From positions 32,001 through 96,000 of IMG/VR virus record IMGVR_UViG_3300006329_000001: 64,000 nt of DNA; one strand, 5' to 3'. Position 1 is the first letter of the stretch; every line of letters begins with the position of its first letter. Origin of the DNA: a virus. The notes below the pieces were generated by a model. That model did not search any database. It was not told the DNA's origin and saw only the letters and a list, made by a program, of their open reading frames with translations. The translations under genes were made by a program, and so were the position numbers. Positions 62,001 through 64,000 of the stretch are shown here, in pieces.

Positions 62001-64000
62001 ACAACTGAGTTAAAACTAGGACCAATGATGTATGGGAAGACTGGTAAACCTGCATCTGACTCATCAATGGTTATAAAGTATGCATATGTACCTGCAGGAT
62101 AGTCTGGAGTCTTACAGAAACGTCCATTATAAGCATCTAGGTCACCTTGTTGGAATGTGTACTTATAATCGTTTACAAAGTATCCTGCAGGGTATGTGTC
62201 TAGTGAAGGACCATCAATACGAGCAGGATTTGGGTTTGTATCCTCATCTTCTACAATTTCTGTCTTTAAAGTGTAAGAAGAACGCATTCTTCTAATACCA
62301 CTGTTCTGATCAGTAGGATCAATGTATCCATAAGGACCATAGATGGGATTACCATCAAATGCCCATCCAATGATAGGAGAGTGACTAATGTTAGAAGGAA
62401 CTTCTTGGAAACGGTTAGTTTCTGGATTTAAGAAGACGTTATCACCAATTACATAACGTAATTCCTTAGGATCGGAAACGTGAGCATATTCACCACCATA
62501 TTGGTTATTAAAACCAGTAAAGACGTATCCTCTTGCTATATCATACTTTCTCTTAAGAGATCCATCAGTATTTTGTGCTGTAGGGTTAGCAGGATCAGGA
62601 TCTAACTGATATTCTATATTTTTGTTCCACTGGAAGACATCTGCAGTAAATGTTGCTAATTGACCAACTGCTTCTAATCTAACAGTTGTCATTCCTTGTG
62701 TATATCCAACACCCTTGTTAGTAATCGATACTGAGATAACTTTACCCTTATCTTCTCCTAAAGTACCAATAACAGCAGTTGCTTGAGCACCAAATCCATC
62801 ACCATTGACATAAACCTTAGGTGCTGATGTATAAGCATCACCAGAGTTAATAATAGCGATAGATACGATTCTACCGTTAATAACGATAGGTTGTGCTAGT
62901 GCTCCTTCACCAGAATTAAGTTTTATAGTTGGTGTAGAAGTATATCCGACACCTGGGTTAGATAATGTAACTGCACTGATTGCACCTCTTACAGAAGCAG
63001 TTGCAAGTGCTCCAGAACCTTTTCCACCAGTAATTGATATAGTTGGTTGTGAGGTATATCCAGTTCCTGGGTTTTCTACAAGAATTCTTGTTACTCTACC
63101 ATTAGTAACAACCGCTTGAGCAGTTGCACCGCTACCACCACCTCCAACGATAGAAATTAGTGGTTGTTCTGTATATCCACTACCTTCTGCAGTAACTTCG
63201 ACTGAATCTAGTGATCCATTAACAGTTACAGTCGCTGCAGCACCTGTACCGCCACCACCAGTGATTTCTAAGGTAGGTCTTGATCCTGCATCATAATCTA
63301 CACCTTCATTAGTGATATTAACAGTAGTTAAAGGACCAAAGGTAACAAATTCACTAGATTTGTAAGACCAAGCAGAAACACCGTTAACCCAAGCACCAAT
63401 TGGATAGTTTGCACCAACTTCTGTTCTTGTAGAGATAGTTTCGACAATTCTAGGGAAACGAAGTAGTTTTCTTTGGTTTCCTGGAATCATTGCAGACCCT
63501 TGGAAAGGACCTACCTTATAGTTGGGCAATCCAGACGCTGCAACGTAAACGTAGTTAGTATTAAAGAATGCGTTCTGTATATTAGAGGTAAATAACGAAA
63601 TTACTTCATCAATAGTGGTTTCAGTTGACTTTCCTCTATTAAGGTCAACAGAAAGAAGTATATTACCCTGTGGAACAATGTCCATTGGGGTAGGAATGCT
63701 GTATGAGAAGGTAAAGTCGTCTAAACGAGAAGTAACCTCAAAAGTACCATTATAAACAGCAGGGTTTGCACCATAAATGGTAACTTGATCTTCTACAAGC
63801 AAACCATGTGGGTTAGAGCAGACAACAGTAGCAGTTTGGTTGTTAAGACCACCAGGATTGATGGAAGTAACGCTAATTAGCTTCTTAACGTTGTATAGCC
63901 ATGATTGGAGTCTCTCATCTTCACCAGATGAACCTAGAGCAGCAACATTTAACTTATCTCCAGGCAAATAGTAAGATCCACTGTCTTCTAATTCAGTAGT
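41012..64000 (-). CDS. gp7: Giant gp7-like baseplate wedge initiator / multidomain structural protein, 5'-truncated (>7,660 aa)
   Basis: The frame stays open to 64000 ([15 protein letters not shown]...). Conserved [17 protein letters not shown]...HPAGF near 55950-56065, GxGY repeats, and position upstream of gp8. Confidence 0.75.
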   Translation of the reverse strand, partial: TTELEDSGSYYLPGDKLNVAALGSSGEDERLQSWLYNVKKLISVTSINPGGLNNQTATVVCSNPHGLLVEDQVTIYGANPAVYNGTFEVTSRLDDFTFSYSIPTPMDIVPQGNILLSVDLNRGKSTETTIDEVISLFTSNIQNAFFNTNYVYVAASGLPNYKVGPFQGSAMIPGNQRKLLRFPRIVETISTRTEVGANYPIGAWVNGVSAWSYKSSEFVTFGPLTTVNITNEGVDYDAGSRPTLEITGGGGTGAAATVTVNGSLDSVEVTAEGSGYTEQPLISIVGGGGSGATAQAVVTNGRVTRILVENPGTGYTSQPTISITGGKGSGALATASVRGAISAVTLSNPGVGYTSTPTIKLNSGEGALAQPIVINGRIVSIAIINSGDAYTSAPKVYVNGDGFGAQATAVIGTLGEDKGKVISVSITNKGVGYTQGMTTVRLEAVGQLATFTADVFQWNKNIEYQLDPDPANPTAQNTDGSLKRKYDIARGYVFTGFNNQYGGEYAHVSDPKELRYVIGDNVFLNPETNRFQEVPSNISHSPIIGWAFDGNPIYGPYGYIDPTDQNSGIRRMRSSYTLKTEIVEDEDTNPNPARIDGPSLDTYPAGYFVNDYKYTFQQGDLDAYNGRFCKTPDYPAGTYAYFITIDESDAGLPVFPYIIGPSFNSVVDTWNLSQTATQENIPQDVARFRDPYVNVDIDIERQPNQQADSFVTEREGDLLIFEIEDLDGDAIISPAEIATEQAITEEAALQIYDYFPRVSAESRVDIEVDTTTKFESAQIDGFVVENAGVSYQVDDTLFFDNTGTDGFGASAIIESVQGRDIAAYTKEVINDIPYGKITTATDHELIAQDEIIVNSRVITDNTNKRYYMSVVTGIETITVTQSGIGYNTQIPPTYEIITSSGQDVNFNIVLDETTGKVGSVNIVNSGFGYDVDAPPQIRVSHPQQYKKTYYWLSEYYEDTDKIQIFDSQITTDRYIYICGELTQVNGDSSAFLAKFTDLGVLVWDRTLLPSASNKVARWKSMYLDETSEENELIYIIGETESQTTATYNPDILVAKYESGFNNANAPEGIVRWQKEIAGVSGSARRDYAGDIHLDDEQRVYICGWTDTNSPDPNDIWVMQLNNLGDVVEKRKFASDDEGESMNQLKFIGNNKMLWTGVDADNNDLLFGEMEYDGANIELNYTKRLAIAGGSVQRPQFILDEWNDLFFICDMWNGTKNYGIAFFKIPIDQLSTNPAAGPTYEFSKIIAPSGNFEAVKHAGINLDVFGNVSVVADLKYWDNDRQIVAMNFKYDGSLLKSTNIEDTDDIGMSAWSHQVDNSGDVIIPCNKQLPVQTYVARFENENDLDEDSTKQALVTTSFSNAAYAIHNTSEFKFGAGALKFSGGPAYMKAAGAGITTNWTVSSWSYMEPSHASNNPKVEMFTIDDATGNSLVVTVDGNASSPNLGKIEMTIAPQGGGGSTTASVGSTYWTAMGSSSFHHWAIVKEEPTLGSYKYSVYFDGAQVCTATVVTNIGLNDVYVGANKTTPATGNCLLGTIDDFVIDPNSVWSGTFTLPTERYRITSTDSRVNIIKFDRQHDKRGDYSAFSETTHTKALKFTETSGININTLSNPVVTVWTQGSSGLQILDYSDVISQLAPGSYNFTSASHTFASKTSTIPSPLGRKVKVTAVPMAKFYVRDAGFQKIDLVKEFTFNQDIKFTKGTILQQTNENGIVQGFGTIVEVPTGTIDTPGVGNKYKVGKIYGTFSNDTTDLYQNDIGEENTIDDVVFEQARTQDQWVTSKAYTVDTQVYNAGKIYKATNNATSGVTAPTHEIGIVTDGGVLWQFISVAGPIEVDLIEHAWPKPTIPLWSPSKSFSLNDEVYWGRQRYKCTTAGVSSTVAPTHTSGTATDGTVVWTWQQQYDALSQYARFRPYDPGDYRVKILEVYPGSDFIVGDVISLGGSVTAGPKTDFPKIGQINGVTTVKKIELVVTLNKDIIRTGETRTDLIYCNALSAHRFSAGDILFVEGFQGTQFDGSFFVEEVFSSRDFTYRMRATALSDPLFDNSAIASVKISSKHPTLMLVRNHSYIFDMSDASNQDYYLSFSQDNQFKLEYSFNVIEREGIPGQSSSTEVPIVKFTVGGEVTNITYYFDPSRTLSTNSPVGSESFIDVIKTPYDGTFNIAAIISDTEFRFPLEHEPEFNTAMIGLDDQDKPNSYYSTTSKKAIGPINTIKLISPGGFYKKLPIISEVASDRKIEKIRITNGGTEYAPGVYTQVPIIGDGEGGLANITVTIDAETDSGTISDVALIDPGSGYTTGVIDVDGIPGILGPTLSGSGAELTVVIPAEGTGASIFLTGTQIGKIKTLKNNEFGYGYSHDYTLRPEIAFPVNLQLFNTSILSQIKITNPGAGYTSAPVVVIEGGGGTGANAEAVVKNNRLSEIIVKDPGAGYSSEPVVTLKSEFTYVVNLDLNYLQFNFPHGITTGAAVQFRAEDIGTTIGELPKPSSVGLTSLSSTQTYYAIAGDANSLESDQLRFALTPADADSGNFITFLTQGDGRQVLLTEVFGGQATAVVETSRFLESEEVFQGESYELANAFGTVSINDGWQIGPKILKIVNPSGEFVVGGKVQGVISRASGIIDNVNIARGILNIDALTRTSGRFIDDVGKPSEIVQKIQDSYFYQNFSYVIKSQIPINRWKKQVLENNHPAGFNMFGQLELTGGKDVSGRKIGTEFTKQVNINEYTNVNQITSFGAAQPIYSTFNNSEVLFRKKRLTNSEEILTSIVKKLDNISDQFDGSTKGFPLSVEGEQVIIKENQMLVTLNGVIQSPGTAYQIVGNQIVFAEPPRPDSKVVYRNVEIQILQITRLNLNTIGGIFPQIGDFVSGFTSNANSRVVATGAASIDVIDITSGPYQLNERIDVSRTGFSALIGSIDVLSQETIFEFEEIVTKVALSGETAKVEETNLDLDGNTDSFLVLSKTSGTAEYETGAYAIFLNDFIYSSASNIAAKVVGISPYRDPISSINLATAVAFEEGDQLTGGISGALAEVVRVDAEAQPPVLYFVAKSVANFVDGETITAGSLNATVSGDIKLGDVVDTLIINKGSTFFGLVFERLISLSNQNIILDNISETTITPTTLTDAADRINADFLDYESVRSTEIEYNNLSGGTITNNDKIRSINVSYGNAETDAINRYKDAARSIRNNRQEIIDFATSQIAIDYPDFYYTGETETTQYGRFKDGYRLIQKNSEWIIAKAYQDMIVQYPSSTIPSATKCKRDMRYLIDALSRDTGWGGTVYTRKFLQKYFPDGTSLAYLLGEETETVWGFQRCVDYMQDAIQNTLSGSETIDAVVYTKYNEQSSGPNNNTGITADPNPGGNYGSAGTNTTNNGADNCADVQAALTTLWTNVKEVLEAASLSDLIDLTTPDAGYTPKEIKCNRDTGYFIDAIADDLESDGNYAIVTFTKKFFDSNGIPINNGLPETEEAITAFNKAKELCKRAMRNLLYSQSLSETGYNLNDPTTYSAPYLESSSVAHYYDPDYASGSNQNETNCANVASSIDTLANLATTAFSGDQFTPSGATYNATTGDMVLTIGSHTLTTSDTVRIDPYGLTFTCGMDGNTAQKTYPRPTDPWYEKQIPITAVGGGNTTITINVGTTPLVNHDVTAANYNITSGDLQLTIGAHTLEVGTSIKLATESLRFQCAYNGGGEGLYPRANGANTSSGADYAYDTALPIISKTGTTITVNVNGGQGAISNTDAHTFVSATAGAVISGGNYTHTFVSAIANSVKAGGNLDNINALSVISDGTYQENENIRVYKFAYKDRGGTGFFVPGDTIIGATTGASFPLKGANSGLRWLYAQTVTGIFKLKEYVTNTKITNNPGGSNVNITPTGATYDPDTGQLTLTLNNHGYSVGNKVSFAVNALRFSCAMDGNASNHDYPRADDPVGQGQQLQILKTTTNTFTVNVGATPKTYLQVTGADYDPITGSTVLNVGNHNLNVGDSIRLKPNSLIFTCTQDSDATEHSYPRVAGSGNPSGGQDPVYNTKINVTSIGVQATFTSSDAVYEPSNGTLKLSIVNHGMQTGNRIKIATDSLTFSCTKDGNGSNHTYPRSTDPVDNQWLDVTVIDDNNIGVQVGESPADEQYVHTYVTSGSNNITRQDGTITINVLSSAPSSNTTPHTFVRAIADAVEVGGSYAHTFQSAVTNATTIYPASARLTAIEKRSGTKSLKLDSGAYLSYALSTIPAFGTSDFTIEMWVRPTTAMNTTKYLLDMRTSGASEVNSPSLYFDSGNLKYKINGSDVISGAHGMSANTWYHIAMTRTSQILKLWVNGSQVGTDYTDTNTYRERKMTIGAEWNGGNNYVGYIDNVVFYGGESKYTSSFTPSTLFPTSTTGITFSMSNELPIIMSNNEAYATLTGTTNSASQATKVDYDTREVIVEEVDISRDAFRQAADILELNRAWIAETAVWKMKAKFPDLVMPGDTADGVGPQQGTSFCLRDTKEFILKGVIQDLRYGGNYNSTLAARNYLTAYEGLEHIANEILQSIYTYRELAPICNYVITTTSSDLKTYGGTQYTDILRIPNNFSSPASQEIQDAIVKLCDDIGDVLGPTGQRFRDAGDLIWQNRDAIAAEAVGWLEATYQANINSTTYDFYQNPNANPNKCTFEIKTYILPAIIADLVTGGTNAIQYNTSKFLNANNELYSVDNELSAVLDVYEYVRMLCKKCINNTLLPQGQTAAGLGEDIPTVYQDDYYPMQYTDLAVYRDPTITIDPEGYNPDAYDSNNRVLDAAHLIEKNANVIAWEAVHTMNDLSKFLNFTVPDGAQNCVDDVLDILKAVAHDLRKGGNSKTYEAAALYLDPETDNLIQLNGRQHTHQFVRASLNAIEAGGNYGHTFVTAATNAVTDNGGGQHTPQNVVYQPSTGNLILTIPSHGLTSSNTIEIAEDGLTFTCEMNQNEDNHTYPRKGDPAYGKSLAITAYTLSTITVNVGTTPLVYYNVSAADYNPVSGALQMTIGAHQLVTGQSFRFKKEALTFTCDRDDYITEHSYPRDTDPVYNTSVEITEVSQTSHTPTGATYDPNTGVVAFTLNGHPFTGQSQDTVETATYNPETGIMTLTCTNHGFSVGDSVKIADNSLTFTCMLDNNVSDHTYPRSTDPASNSWLPILNVTNNTFDVQVLAEIPSTNVTAHTFKSATSNGITKANDYVMITENALSLQCNSQTKQYPRPQDPAYKAWLPVTYVDANTFSVQVLTTVPSTNTSAHSFVSFTTDGLKRQTGQITCNVGVAPGEDEAGISVLKIATEIAIMTIRNGFGRENLYIYNPDADTGDDDGITGGGSESFDNVDVSTYERNAVKDRFINAADVIERNIRVIAEETIAAAKVQYPSLNIPGGNINCVHDLSDFLDAMVWNLRHGGNNKIVRAAEYYVNEGLTHATEAIWICNYARDLAIQVMRNESLALNYGADPSFDTAIDIVDVASTTHTATNAAYDAGTGLLTLTVSGHGFGVGDKINVADNSLTLTCSMDNFYSNHTYPRSTDPVSGQWLPIISKTNDTFTVNVGTSKIKKFTPTNVVYEPNTGNLILTIGNHTLSQGTNIKIADNSLSFTCVMDGNNSTKTYPRTTDPVSGEPVQIIGTTETTITVNVGASVIKNYDVHNAVFTPNTGNIVLSIGAHEFRTGESIKIATSSLVFKCDEDSQATNHVYPRASAPNGPDPAWNTAINIDAVGHTTHTPTSAAYNSSTGVMTLTMNNHGLAGHTTHTIESATYTPADGKMVVTITNHGFANNDRIKIAANSISFTCGLDGNSAVKSYPRQYGSAAPGGSDYPFDKWLQVTNVTNDTFEVNVGISSDTTTHNFVTASPNGVTYAGDMVKIAPNAVTFRCNKDGNSSDHSYPRTTDPVYDEWLPVTFVDNNNFSIQVGISGPNDQYTHQFQSFAANGLHKQDGTITLDVNDGSGAISNLTTHYFQYAVSGAVISGGNYQHTFKSATAGAIHTGGDYTHQFVSATTNGITRQNPSGVVTLQVGASGPNDQYTHAFVSAQTGALITGGNYQHQFVSALPGAVMTGGAYDHTFVSAATNCVNVGGAPTELTPNGATYDGTTGELILTFASAHNLTNSNTITIDDNGLNFTCDFDGNSTVHGYPRSTDYASGQTLSITAYTSTSITVNVTSTPFVDFNVSNATYDAGTGHLVLDIGSNTLEGPSAAKTVTGAAYDPNTGVMTLTINGHGWNNGDKVNIADNSLTFTCTQGSGNHSYPRSSDPASGNWLTISNVGTNTFDVQVLENIPSTNTTTHSFVSATSGGVVRAGANVKIRTDSLTFTCAQDDYTTNHTYPRAKDPAFDRPMPIVAKSGNTITVDVGQSPIVTYTPTNATYDPATGYLALTIGSHDLFTGTSVKLAPNSLTFTCSRDGNTAQKTYPRSGHKYKQSFYNDLDFKPYSASNYVITADTNNPKCADVASAITTSMAIYTTAINTPAALTDGTITKSLPMIWPVKYAPEMAERDVSITFHTDGADAGDWNTTCPTAAANIESLMQIIIDTIYLAKGGGGSHLDAIEKIPPFRFNQNYQTFTCYNVTSATDTLFDVLLNTLGGGSKSDKKCARHLLFNKHAIVNKAYDRTVNQYPGTGADKQFADDMIHALLYDMNTGGNQGMLKLVNTWFDGEGNFIAFPTVVRQHLLFYTTRIREYVKRTLYDQNNTSQWSGYDIYKDTTNSAAIPDRFEYDWESTEFRIDSSLNLAYHGLNRSQPPSNNLVNYINSTHVTNLQNLYDEGEDYNTDPELILLTPTIEVGFERRESVVRITRPNFFFRGDIVAYVPASGQIEQSLQDQTYYYVLNATADWFEIAREIKHDARYRLFQLNKSLTGQQRLQTVVRSGISLPAAQYPMRDLEQPISAGFNVADILIGATSNALAEVTRIRNNEASIVKLYYKFNIDAATARFTNGETVQKQGAGANNAVVIQTSPLTGDQSDEGYVYVESLTGTFSDNDVIEGATSGQTASINGAGVTRMLINTDRGNFATGEKVFNKTNAAQADIVSYENSEGALVGNTGGRITIDIESIQEDFKDGDIIYGSITDKILDIADIRADGFEPLELNQYVHAVSTIELDIASIVRDGGYSGDFNAGDLVYLLQGTIIKEPGFTAVVTKYQAPDAEATPPVPHKMWIANLQPYGTDSNGEIVTPDSNWLVGGGTALGKFENLNNFPIILAEANGVTENAVSGYGRVSGKSVIGTTGRLWLEDVVGDFPSDLTIISDADWSAGVTQSKGLVGRCNRFFRGFDGEQTTFKLTVNNGESYFPDPAGHLLTFVNGILQPPGANFAYTAFSDQIQFTEPPTVGSEFIGYYVGKLRQLDDISFEFDSLRSSFNLRYAGGFYSLTLTEGVSSSTILPENNIICSLNGVIQEPGVGYELVGSRIIFAEVPRAGSTFVAFSYIGSDADVIAATVVPPIEAGDLLQIEGENENREVALIESSNSLITFEYTGTVKGRNAEALASITTGEINTAIITSPGDGYTSRPNVDVVSSSGFDGRVRALMGLLRIDVKTAGVGYSSPEVTVETEVPDDWTPPVGPAVNQGFDTYAGEGTDNEGNPIVIVPGYIQITAQPVNVTVNQGQTAGFTVLGAFIKSSDGTVGTTPLNYQWQRKQYGETAWANITGATSSVYSTPSAAQADDGDEFRVAITAAGASPVYSNSVILTVQTGATIISNFLPTQIFQ
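44050..54520 (-). repeat. About 7 helical repeats with phycobiliprotein-like motifs
   Basis: Pattern RFxDAxxLIxxNxxxIAxEA...[YF]P...CxRD...DLxxGG[NT] (see findings). Confidence 0.7.
44870..53380 (-). repeat. 18 copies of an ~100-aa beta domain (ATYDPxTG...LTFTC...YPRxxDP...HTFVSA) in four blocks
   Basis: I counted 18 YPR motifs and 18 HxF-type closing strands in the translation. Confidence 0.85.

Noticed and set aside
3957-62295. Numerous plus-strand ORFs in the track
   Set aside because: They are antisense shadows of strongly biased minus-strand genes, with Val/Ser/Pro-rich translations and no recognisable motifs or promoters.
63965-63967. TTG at 63967 as the start of the giant gene
   Set aside because: The frame is open to the window edge, so the true start lies outside.
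1-64000. tRNA, rRNA or photosynthesis genes (psbA, hli, petE)
   Set aside because: None recognised, and the intergenic gaps are too short. The cupredoxin-like motif is part of a structural protein, not a free plastocyanin.

Overview
This window is the virion-structural (late) gene block of a large, AT-rich T4-like marine cyanomyovirus. The host group is inferred from gene content and synteny and is likely Prochlorococcus or Synechococcus. All credible genes lie on the minus strand. In transcription order (right to left): a giant gp7-like baseplate protein (>7,660 aa, 5' end outside the window), a YHYH protein, a gp9-like protein, a gp7-repeat protein, gp8, a VrlC-like protein, a 2,440-aa fibre, gp13-gp16, an accessory island, gp17-gp23, gp3 and a truncated 2OG-Fe(II) oxygenase. 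T4-type late promoters (ATAAATA) and two intrinsic terminators punctuate the block. Four observations stand out. (1) The giant baseplate protein carries about 7 helical repeats that align by eye with phycobiliprotein subunits, including the bilin-attachment CxRD motif. (2) A 633-aa basic protein in the gp16-gp17 island looks like a capsid-packaged, gp21-processed polyprotein whose last module resembles a phage SAM lyase. (3) Eighteen YPR beta-domains in the giant protein are nested and circularly permuted like balanced brackets, implying a branched architecture. (4) The gp9-like protein ends in a complete type-1 copper (cupredoxin) ligand set. All family calls are by-eye recognition from memory; no database search was run.
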